From: Octopus bimaculoides
Lineage: Eukaryota
Assembly: GCF_001194135.2 (NCBI RefSeq)
Contig: NC_068983.1
Span: 164,870,552-164,914,793, forward strand
Direction of reading: 5' to 3'
DNA: 44,242 nt
Under the pieces are notes generated by a model that worked only from the letters and a program-made list of their open reading frames with translations, ran no database searches and was not told the origin of the DNA. Made by a program: the position numbers and the translations under genes. Below, piece by piece: positions 12,105 to 22,409 of the stretch. The stretch's first letter is position 1. Each line of letters starts with the position of its first letter.

Positions 12105-12714
12105 TAGTATATTGCCACTTAAGTGTGGCTGACTGCTAGGGGTAGATGTTACTGTTGCTTTTAGCCCCAGGAGGACATCTCCTCCAGCTGGCTTATCGAC
12201 ACACGACTGTGTCCTGTTTGCCAAGGGAGTTATCCCTCTCACCTCGACCAGCAGCNNNNNNNNNNNNNNNNNNNNNNNNNNNNNNNNNNNNNNNNNNNNN
12301 NNNNNNNNNNNNNNNNNNNNNNNNNNNNNNNNNNNNNNNNNNNNNNNNNNNNNNNNNNNNNNNNNNNNNNNNNNNNNNNNNNNNNNNNNNNNNNNNNNNN
12401 NNNNNNNNNNNNNNNNNNNNNNNNNNNNNNNNNNNNNNNNNNNNNNNNNNNNNNNNNNNNNNNNNNNNNNNNNNNNNNNNNNNNNNNNNNNNNNNNNNNN
12501 NNNNNNNNNNNNNNNNNNNNNNNNNNNNNNNNNNNNNNNNNNNNNNNNNNNNNNNNNNNNNNNNNNNNNNNNNNNNNNNNNNNNNNNNNNNNNNNNNNNN
12601 NNNNNNNNNNNNNNNNNNNNNNNNNNNNNNNNNNNNNNNNNNNNNNNNNNNNNNNNNNNNNNNNNNNATCTACCCCTAGCGGTCAGCCACACTTAAGTGG
12701 CAATATACTACACT
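12101..12714. mobile_element. Element bounded by 47-bp terminal inverted repeats, spanning an assembly gap
   Basis: 12101-12147 agtgtagtatattgccacttaagtgtggctgactgctaggggtagat matches the reverse complement of 12668-12714 at 46/47 positions. It sits next to a (TA)n tract. Confidence 0.55.
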
Positions 12715-12753
12715 TTATCGTGCAGTTACTGTTAATACTTCATATAGAGAATT

Positions 12754-12793
<40 letters not shown>

Positions 12794-12814
12794 CCACACA
12801 CATATATACCAATT

Positions 12815-12935
12815 ATTTCTGGTTTGGGGTAAAAAAAAAGACAAGAGGATCAGTTAATTGAACATATTCCGCTCTAATTTTCACACAGTTGTTGCAATTA
12901 TCCTTCAGTTTTTTAAGCTCTGTAAAAGAACTCGG
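12815..12935 (-). mobile_element. mariner-type 3' end fragment
   Basis: The reverse complement gives ...KKLKDNCNNCVKIRAEYVQ, compared with the typical mariner C-terminus .RW.KCV...GEYVE*. A short 3' flank follows. Confidence 0.55.
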
Positions 12936-13001
12936 AAGTTTGGGCCTTGAGCCAGGCATTTTGCGAGAACTTTAAAGCCAAGAGCTTTTCAGCCACACTA
13001 T

Positions 13002-13369
13002 CTGTGTCCTTTTATTTTCGAACAGGGAATTCGTTATCTCCACTTAGCACAAAGCAACATCTGTGGACTAGTTTCACGGTTATTGCCCTTTATCAACACA
13101 GATTAGCTGCTTGGCCAGGTGGCGCTGCTGAATTCACGGTTCGAATATATAGACTTCGAAGTGACGCACAGCCACTGATCTATAAATAGAAATTCTTGTA
13201 TTTCCAAATCTCTCAGAGACACACATTCAGTCATAATTCTTTAAAGTAGCGCCACCTGGCCAAGCAGCTACTCTGTGCTGATGAAGAGCAACAGGCCTGG
13301 AACTAGTCCACAGATGTTTTGTGCTAGATGGGGATGCTGAATTCCCGGTTCGAAAATATAAGGACACAG
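13002..13369. repeat. Long imperfect inverted repeat (arms 13002-13129 and 13245-13369), MITE/foldback-like
   Basis: Left arm ctgtgtcc..ttttcgaacagggaattc..tagcacaaa..acatctgtggactagtt...tagctgcttggccaggtggcgct aligns along its length with the reverse complement of the right arm. Confidence 0.9.
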
Positions 13370-13911
13370 TGTGTCGTATAGCCTGCTAGAAACGATGATT
13401 CTTGGGGCTAATGACCAGTACAACGTTCCTTCCAGGACAGCCATGTTATGTTAGCAATCAAATTTTACTTTAATAAATTGTTACTTAATGTCTCTGAGAG
13501 ATTTAGAAATAATAGTATTTCCATCCATCTATCTATCTATCCCCCGCTCAATATAGACAGCCGTGTGCAATGTGTTACAAAAAAGGAGAACTATAATTGC
13601 CACCAAATATGACTAGGGTGTTAGAACACCTTCATTGCGAGAAGATAAGAGCTAAGAAGCTGTAATGCAGTCTCTATAGAATAAGCCGAAAGTGACCGAT
13701 CAGTATGGGGAATTCTCGACCGGTGCTTTCGGGCGATTAAAGTTCCTATCTGTACAAATGTATACAATTATGTGCTTTTTAGCTCTTCTTTCTAGCAATG
13801 TAGGTGTTCTAACAACCAAATCGTATTCAGTGACAATTATATACAATTATATACAAGATAAACAATATATATATTTATATATATTAAAATACACACATAC
13901 GCACACACACA

Positions 13912-13952
<41 letters not shown>

Positions 13953-13980
13953 NNNNNNNNNNTATATATATATATATATC

Positions 13981-14185
13981 CTAGCAGAGGCACCCGGCGT
14001 TGCTCGGGAATGAAATTGTTGCTTATATACTTGAAGAAAAAAAAGGCAAAATATGCTGTATAGAAATTTGAGGACATTCTGTAGATGGACTCTCAGATGA
14101 ATGATGGCTGCGCGCCTCTCATGAATGGGGAAAATTGAAGATGTGCCAAAAAGCCTCATTAGTAGTTAGAAACTTATACGAAAAT
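13981..14185 (+). mobile_element. Possible Helitron-like non-autonomous element, 5' end
   Basis: Starts ctagcagaggcaCCCGgcgttgctCGGG directly after (TA)n. CTAG followed by a short cccg/cggg stem is a recurrent terminus of invertebrate rolling-circle elements. The other end is not visible. Confidence 0.4.
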
Positions 14186-14197
14186 TAAAGTGGGGAT

Positions 14198-14470
14198 CGT
14201 TGCCAGTGCCCCTGGACTGGCTCTTGTGCGGGTGGCACATAAAATACACCATTTCGAGCGTGGCCGTTGCCAGTACCGCCTGACTGGCCTTCGTGCGGGT
14301 GACACGTAAAAGCACCCACTACACTCTCTGAGTGGTTGGCGTTAGGAAGGGCATCCAGCTGTAGAAACTCTGCCAAATTAGATTGGAGCCTGGTGTTGCC
14401 ATCCGGTTTCACCAGTCCTTAGTCAAATCGTCCAACCCATGCTAGCATGGAAAGTGGACGTTAAACGATG
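14198..14470 (+). mobile_element. Non-autonomous retroelement with an RTE-like 3' end
   Basis: Ends ...aacccatgctagcatggaaagtggacgttaaacgatg at the gap, resembling an RTE-type 3' end with (GAT)n tail. It has an internal 67-bp-period tandem duplication (cgttgccagt...gtgcgggtg.cac.taaaa.cacc) at 14198 and 14265. Confidence 0.6.
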
Positions 14471-15379
14471 NNNNNNNNNNNNNNNNNNNNNNNNNNNNNN
14501 NNNNNNNNNNNNNNNNNNNNNNNNNNNNNNNNNNNNNNNNNNNNNNNNNNNNNNNNNNNNNNNNNNNNNNNNNNNNNNNNNNNNNNNNNNNNNNNNNNNN
14601 NNNNNNNNNNNNNNNNNNNNNNNNNNNNNNNNNNNNNNNNNNNNNNNNNNNNNNNNNNNNNNNNNNNNNNNNNNNNNNNNNNNNNNNNNNNNNNNNNNNN
14701 NNNNNNNNNNNNNNNNNNNNNNNNNNNNNNNNNNNNNNNNNNNNNNNNNNNNNNNNNNNNNNNNNNNNNNNNNNNNNNNNNNNNNNNNNNNNNNNNNNNN
14801 NNNNNNNNNGTGAGTGAGAGAGGTTTGTTGTCATGTATACGTACATGCATAAATATACATACATCTTTGGATGTATGCATATGACAACACAGCCCTTGAC
14901 TCACTCACACTCTGTCTCTTACAAACACGCACGCGCGCGCATACACACGTGTGTCTTTGTAAATATGTTTGTATACATTTATGTATGTGTGTGTTTGTAA
15001 GAGACAGTGTGAGTGAGTCAAGGTGTGTGTGTGTGTGTGTGCGTGTGTATGTGTGTGAGACAGTGAGAGAGCGGTGTGTATGTAGCATTTACTCTCTCTC
15101 TCTCTCTCTCTCTCTCATACACACGAACACACAAAATAGAAAGTGAAGCTTTTTGCGGTTGTTACGTCAATACCGGAAGTTGACATTGAGGAACCTTTTT
15201 AAAGAAGTGAATCTTAAATATAAACCAATATTTATTTTTAATTAAAAAAAATATCAAATGAAGAGCCTAAGATTTATCCGAGGTCAAATTATTCATGCAT
15301 TACAAGTATGGAAGCATTTGGTGAAGTTGATTTCACGTGAAAAGCGATTACACACACATCTGTTTTATATATATAGTAT

Positions 15380-15455
<76 letters not shown>

Positions 15456-15515
15456 ATACGTATGGAGGTAGATATGATAGGTAGTGATATATGTAAATAT
15501 TGTATAGGTATGTCT

Positions 15516-15551
<36 letters not shown>

Positions 15552-16414
15552 GCACACGTATATAAGATAAATGCTTGCATACGTGTGTAGGGGGGATCGT
15601 TAAGATCTCGGATTAATATAGCAAATCAATGTTGAAGTTGGCGTTTTTCTGTTTTGTCTTCTTTTTTATGTTAAAAAGTAATACAGTACAGACATAAATC
15701 AAATCAACAGCAAAAACTGAACTATTAAATTACAAAATCGATGCCACCACCTACAAGAACAACATTTACAACAACAAGAATATTGAAGATCGTAGTCTCA
15801 TCAATAGAAACATGGTATAGACGACTACTGTGATGACAAGTAAAGAAGCTGTGACAACAAACGATGTATATGGCCGAGACATCAGATATATGTCGGCATT
15901 TTGTTTTTTTTTTTTCATTTTCAATATGATGGCGATGATTTCAATAAAATCACTATGACAACAAATCATCCTTTTTATTGACCAATTTGATGAATGTCGC
16001 ATTTAGTCAATGGTATAGAGCAGGGCTTTGACGCTGCCAACAATCTCAAAGTGAAGTTTATAGAAAATAATTGGAAATATGATTTGATATGATCGTAATG
16101 AGTTTAAAAGCTGAGCTGTGACACAAATGTCTGATTTCCTCTTTATGCATCCTAAATAATTTTCTTTTTAATTCTGCCAGAAATCTACTTAACTTTTCAT
16201 GTGGACTGTAATTTTATTCCTTATATTGCAACTAGTGTATGGCAGCAATCTTGTTTACGAGATTTTCAACGGATTTCTCAGTGGGTCACCTTATTTCTAA
16301 CAGTGAGAGCGCTACAGAAGTTTCAACAGCACAGTGCAGAACAAATATCGTAATGGATCACGTACGCAAAGAATTGGTCTTTCGGTTTGTCGGTGATCTT
16401 TTCACCCTTCACCG

Positions 16415-16456
<42 letters not shown>

Positions 16457-16639
16457 CAGAATTAGTAAGTACGTGTGTTTCTGTATGTGTGTGTGATTGT
16501 ATGTATACGTGCAGATTTGTATGTTTTGCTTTATGTATGTATTCTCATGCATATAGTCACATATCTAGACATGCTGGAGCACCGCCTTTTAGTCGAATAA
16601 ATCAACTCAGGACTTATTTATTGTAACAGAATGGTAGCA

Positions 16640-17608
16640 GAGGTGACTATTAAGTGGTAAAAAGAAAGAAAAATAGAGGTTGAGAGTGAGGAAGGAAGTT
16701 AAGGATTGGAGTTAAGGATAAAGTAAGGTATATAAAAGTAGTCTAAGAATATAGTGTATAAATATAGCCAAGAAGATAAGAGAGGAGGATGAGGTAAAGG
16801 AAGATAGCATAAAATAAACAAAATAAAGTAAAATGAAAGGAATTTAAAAAGAATAGTAGGTGGTAGGGGTATTTTTCTAGTCAATAGGGGTTGGGGAGGA
16901 AATCTATTTGTAAATGTTTGTGTCCGTTCTGGCTAAGGTCAGTGGCGGTAGAGTTATTTTTAGCAATGGGGTTATGGGTGTGTAAGTAGTCGTGAATAGA
17001 GAAACTAGTTGAATGTTAAATTATTTAGGATTAGGAGTTAGAATTAAATATTAAGGGATTTATTAGGTTAAGTTTTAAAAATAAATCAAAGAATTAATAT
17101 TTATCTTATAAAGTGATGAGGTAAGATTGATAGAGATATAAAGGGGTGTGTGTTAACGACTATGAAGGTTTGTATGTGGATGTTCTTCGTAGGGGTGAAT
17201 TTATATTTAGGTTAATGAAATAATTTAAAAGTGCAGAAGAATTTCTGTATACACACGTCGTAAAGCTCCGTTGTGTTTAAGTAATCGTGGGGAGTTAAGG
17301 GTTAAAGTTTTGAGCGCTTTTTTAAGCAGGGTCCACAAATGGAATGCTGGCCCTGGTATGGGATATGAAAAACTATTATAGCCCAGGGAAGTCTATATTG
17401 TATTTTTCCATTGATTAGATGGTGTACGTGGCTGGCTAGTGATGTGGAATTGCTATTCTCTTTATATTTAAACACGTTTAAATGTGCATAATATCTTCGT
17501 TTACAATTTGTACCAGGTTCAATGTAGGAATTACTATGTTGTGAACGGTGCATTGGTATTCGACGTTGAATCTTCTGCAATTGGCTTGCAGCAGGCAATC
17601 TGTCCCAT
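16640..17608 (-). mobile_element. Penelope-like element 3' portion: GIY-YIG endonuclease remnant plus pyrimidine-rich 3' region
   Basis: Two minus frames give CLLQANC...NVEYQCTV and SYIE..TNCKRRYYAHLNVFKYKENSNSTSLASHVHHL...LPWAII....YQGQHSICGPCLKKR. These match the PLE linker and GIY-YIG pattern CP..G.C...V.Y..TV...YIG...K.RY..H...F...ST.L..H...L....W.I....Y....C..CL.EK. Confidence 0.75.
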
Positions 17609-17724
17609 ATATATANNNNNNNNNNNNNNNNNNNNNNNNNNNNNNNNNNNNNNNNNNNNNNNNNNNNNNNNNNNNNNNNNNNNNNNNNNNNNNNNNNNNN
17701 NNNNNNNNNNNNNNNNNNNNNATA

Positions 17725-17945
17725 TATATCAAAATGTAACCACATGTAGATTGTTGGCGATTTTCTCCTACGTCTTCCTTCTGTCTTCAACTTTCCTCTG
17801 TCTCCTGTTTCTGAAGAAGAGCTTTGCTCGAAACGTAAAACACCCTTTTTTTTCCTTCCCTGAGTGTCTGTTAATACTTTGCATGCACCATGCCCGCGCG
17901 TTGTTGTTTTTTTTTTTTGTTTTTTCTTCCTTTTGTGGGGTATTT
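17725..17945 (+). mobile_element. Solo Penelope-like pseudo-LTR flanked by (TA)n on both sides
   Basis: A roughly 220-bp pyrimidine-rich unit between two (TA)n tracts, containing the hammerhead below. Confidence 0.55.
17806..17842 (+). ncRNA. Minimal type I hammerhead ribozyme
   Basis: Sequence UGUUU-CUGAAGA-A-GAGC uuu GCUC-GAAA-CG-UA-AAACA. Stem I is 5 bp (UGUUU/AAACA), the core CUGANGA and GAAA are intact, stem II is 4 bp, and stem III is the palindrome ACGU. The predicted cleavage triplet is GUA at 17835-17837. Confidence 0.75.
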
Positions 17946-17961
17946 ATATATATATATATAT

Positions 17962-18070
17962 AACAAGTCTTTTATGTTTCGAGCCTACGCTCTTCTACAT
18001 AAAAGAATAAGAGGGCGTAAACAGAGAGAGAATGAAAAAAACGTGTAGAGTCCAGCGCTCCAGTATAACA
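17962..18070 (-). mobile_element. Partial copy of the 10.05-10.28 kb pseudo-LTR family with a decayed hammerhead motif
   Basis: The reverse complement reads ...ttttATGTAGA-a-gagcgtaggctc-GAAA-CATA-aaagac. It shares gaagagcgtaggctcgaaac with 10163-10182. Confidence 0.5.
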
Positions 18071-18722
18071 TGTGAAGTTATATTCACGTGCACACAGACC
18101 TGTGAAGACATCTCCTGCAGAAGTCTCCGAGAGAATTCTCCTTCCAGGCATTTGTAAAGATACATTGTGCTGTGAATGTTGTTATTGTTTCATCGTACGC
18201 AATCGTTTTTGCCTTCTTTTGTTTGATCAACTACAAACATCACATCTGTTATTGACAGCCGGATAAAATCAAATTTGTTCTGTTGGTTTATATAAACCTT
18301 GGTTAAGCTATAATTTGTTAATCTTAAAACGAAATTCGTGCTTGCTTCGATAAATCAGAGAGCAGTGAATAAAGCATTAACCGGTGTTGTGGTAGCTTGC
18401 TGAAGTTTTGGAAAATTTGATGTACGTGAACGAAACCTCATTAAATAATAATCGCCATCTTTGTAGCGTACTAAATGTATACATACCGCTAGAAGTCAGG
18501 ACGTTGTGCAATTTTCTGCGATAAAATCTCTTCGTAAATTTGTTGTGCTAAAAATGCAGTATAAATCGGAGCGAGACGACAACTGTGGCTGCATTTGATT
18601 CACGAGGCCGACAGACGCGTTTTGCCTTTATTGACGCTTCTCAATACCACAGCATCTTGCCTTCAAATGTGTTTACATTTAGTATGATATACACATGTCG
18701 ATTTTAATTTAATACTGTGAAC

Positions 18723-19040
18723 ATGCGTGGTTTAGGGATTAGGGCATTCGGTTAAACATCGTAAATTCGCTAGTTCAATTCCTCGCAGCGCGTTTTGTTC
18801 TTGAGAAAGACACTGTATTCCACGTTGCACCAGTCCACTCAGATGTCAAAAAAAGTTGTACTGGTAATTCAAGAGTTAGCCTTGTCTCATTCTGTATCAC
18901 GCTGAATCTTCCCGAAAACTACGTTAACTGTAAGAGTGTCTGTGGAATGCTTAGTCACTTGCACGTTAATTTCAGGAGCAGGCTGTTCCGTTGATCGGGT
19001 CAACTGCAACACTTGGCATCATAACCGACGGTGTGCCAGT
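18723..19040 (+). mobile_element. tRNA-derived SINE family C
   Basis: tRNA-like head (gcgtggtttaggg...agttcaattcc), then gttttgttcttgagaaagacact..cacgttgcaccagtccactcag, and a 3' part collinear with 40907-41215. Confidence 0.75.
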
Positions 19041-20326
19041 TTCTTTTTCATTTATTGCTATTTCTAACGTGTGTGTGTGTGTGTGTGTAGTTATGTACAG
19101 ACCGCCCAGCTTCTGCAATGAGTTAGTTGTATGTGAACTGAACTTGTAATATGCTTTTGATTTTTGCTTAAATATTTTGCTCTTCTTCGCAACATAAACG
19201 TCGAGAGTTAAACAAAAACATCACAAATCTTCTTTTCTAATAATTTCTGATGTCTATTCTTATTTCTCACTTTGATGGAATCAGAAATGTTGTCTGTGAC
19301 ACACAGTTTTCCATTAGATAAAACATAGATGGGTATTGCGATCCATCATAAATTGCATTGGGTAACGCTGCTTATAAAAGGAAATTTTATACAACCGAAA
19401 CATCTTTAAAAAAAAATGGACATAGGTAATGTATCCCTAGATAACCTGTAGTGCACGAAATGTCTAAGGTTGGGATGTCTTTGGTCATATGATTGCTCAG
19501 CGAGAAGTGATCTCACTAGAATGTTCGGGTAGCATATATATCAATTATACCTCAAATGTTGAGACCTAATAGTCATAGCCATTGACACAAAACAGTATTG
19601 CCGAGTAAATACGAACCACTGCTAGCTCCGTTAAATGTCCAGAATTTTATGAACTCAACGATCCGTATTACTCGATTTCCTTTTGTCATAAAACAGATCG
19701 TATCTTTTATTCCAGTCAAAGAAGAATAATATCACATTGTTTCTTTTAGAAACGAAATCAATCGATATACTTTAATAATGTCCTTACTTTATTATTCGGC
19801 TGACTTTTATATTTGTTATTGATTTATTTCGCTACTAATCTAATAGTCATTCAATCTTATTTGTATTTCTTGTTAGAATCGTCGATCATAGTCTTGTTTC
19901 TGCCAAAACTAACTACTTCCATAGTCACCAACTTTACTTTTATACCTGACCTACGATAGCACTGTTCTACAAATACATGTTTCCACATCGTTTTGTAGTT
20001 CTGAATAAGATTTTTGCGATCATTTGATTTATTAATAGGTCAGGAGGAAAGACTTTTACGGGAAAATTACTTTAAAATTTATCACAAAATGTTATGCAGA
20101 CGGATTTCTGTTGGATTACTGAGTTAAAATGGCATTGTTTTTGTTCAATAAAATGTACTTACGTTTCAAGAAATTCGCCTAAATATTGCTGGCTTAGAAA
20201 TAAATAGGATTGATAATAAATAAAAGAAAACTAAGTCAACAATATATCAAATAACATTCAAGTTCCTTGAAAGGGAAATTTTTTACTATTGTGCAAATAT
20301 CTGACATATTTCTTTCATTATTTATG

Positions 20327-20678
20327 ACTGAGTAAATTTCGTTGAGGTCGACTTTGCCTTTCATCCTTTCAGGATCGATAAAATTAGTACCAGTTATGCA
20401 CTGGGTCGATGTAATGGACTTAATCCCTTCCCCCAAATTTCAGACCTTGTGCTTCCAGTAGAAAGAATTATGATTGAGTAAAGCGGTGAGCTGGTAGTGT
20501 TGTTGTTTAGCTTGATTTCTTCCGGCTCTTCACATTCTGAGCTTAAACCCTGCCGAGGTTGGCCTTGCGTTTCATCCTTTTCAGAGTCGATAAAATACCA
20601 GTCAAATACTGGGATCGATGTAATCGACTTACTGCTACCCCTAAAATTGCTGATCTTGTGCCAAAATTTGGAGTAATC
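20327..20678 (+). mobile_element. Two head-to-tail SINE family A copies (3' partial 20327-20470; near full length 20482-20678)
   Basis: Both carry gaggtcgactttgcctttcatccttt....gtcgataaa...taccag....ctggg.tcgatgtaat.gact, matching 32399-32611. Confidence 0.8.
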
Positions 20679-20795
20679 AGCCATGAAAGATAATATTTAT
20701 GCCTACTTAAACCTGGATATTTTGTTGGAACAAACTATGCTGCGATAGATCCCACTCATATTTGCTGGGTTGGGATCAATTATTTATGACTAATA

Positions 20796-20955
20796 GGCGT
20801 AGGAGTGGCTGTGTGGTAAGAAGCTTGCTTCCCAACCACATAGTTCCGGGTTCAATCCTACTGCGTAGCATCTTAGGCAAGTGTCTTCTGCTATAGCTTC
20901 AGTCCGACCAAAGCCTTGTGAGTGGATTTGGTAGACGGAAACCGAAAGAAACCCG

Positions 20956-21047
<92 letters not shown>

Positions 21048-21248
21048 ATGTGTTTGTCTCCTCACCATCGCTTGACAACCGATGTTGGTGCGTTTACATC
21101 CGTGTAACTCAACGTTTCAACAAAAGAGACCTATAGAATAAGTACTAGACTTACAAAGAATAAATCCTGGGGTCGATTTGTTCGGCTAAAGGCGGTGCTC
21201 CAGCATGGCCGCAATCAAATGACTGAAACGAGTAAAAGATTAAAAAAG
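20796..21248 (+). mobile_element. SINE family B, full length, with a long internal (TG)n
   Basis: Head ggcgtaggagtggctgtgtggtaagaagcttgcttcccaaccacatagttccgggttcaatcc; internal (TG)n at about 20958-21044; tail gactgaaacgagtaaaagattaaaaaaga. Confidence 0.9.
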
Positions 21249-22409
21249 AGAGCGATTGCACAGAATCTGAAAATCCCTTTGTATTCCTTCCTGCCAGCTG
21301 ATGCACAGCCATTTTTAATAATAATCTGGACTCTTGCTTGAAGAATTCCACAGCTTATCACCGGTTGCATTCTTGGAAAGGAGCTGCTTTTCTCTGATGA
21401 TAACTGATGGCATTTGAACTGAGGAACCAGAACCTGATAGATCCATCGCGTACGATGTTCTAATACTTTCGCCAACCCTCTCCGGACTGATGCCGAAAAG
21501 CTGAAATATAGAGTTGACTTTGGTGAGATTTCGACTTGAAACGCAGAGATCCAAAATAAATCCGATAATGCCGGAGAATTTCCAAAGATAAAGATGCCAT
21601 GACCTGTATTACTGTTATATCCAAACAGACCAATTGATCCTTTGTAAGTGGGAAGTTTGGTCAATAACCAATTAGGTAACGATTTGATTGTTCCTGTTTA
21701 TTGGTCCTAAGTTACATTGTTAGTATGTAACCATTTGTTTTGAAATTTTAAGATTATCATATTTTAGCCATGGATATTATGCAATACTTGAGACATGATC
21801 TGTTCTTCTCGTCTCTCCTCCGCTAACCGTTTGATTCTTTATACATCTGTCTATCTTTCCTCTTATACATATATGAGAATATTTGAGAATAGGATAAATA
21901 TGCTACAGAGAAATTGAAAGAATTTAAGGAAACATTCAAAGTGAATCCTATGCCGCTTTATCAGTTTGGGTTTGATGTTTAAAAAATGATCTGCCAATTA
22001 GGATTAATCTCACTGATCACTAGAAATACCATAACATAATACATTGTTCTATACCATGTGATAGTATGAAGAAGCATACTAATGATAAAGGCTTCAAAAT
22101 TTAGAGCACAATTCTGCTCTATTATTTTATTTGAAATCACAATGCCTAACATACGAGGCACTCTACATGGTCAGTTGAGCTTCTAGAAATAGCAGGTAAG
22201 TCACCCCCTAATCATATCCTATTGTCTTATAACCGAATCATATATTGTGTAACTGGATTGACTAGGGTGGTGTAGTGACTTCAGAAAGGCCTTATTGGTG
22301 GGTCTGTTCGGTTAGCTTTGCCCTGAAACTAAATAACAACAAAACTTTGTTTTATATATAATTTATGCCCGTTCGACTTAGCAAACTTTTCCCGAGACAC
22401 GTCCACTCT

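Noticed and set aside
6641-15181. Perfect ETS-like ACCGGAAGT motifs (about 6641 and 15172, the latter next to TACGTCA) as promoters
   Set aside because: These short motifs are expected by chance in 44 kb, and no associated exon or transcript evidence is visible.
20796-20870. tRNA genes at SINE heads (also at 32399, 40907 and elsewhere)
   Set aside because: They have A/B-box-like motifs but no complete cloverleaf, and they continue into SINE bodies. They are tRNA-derived SINE heads.
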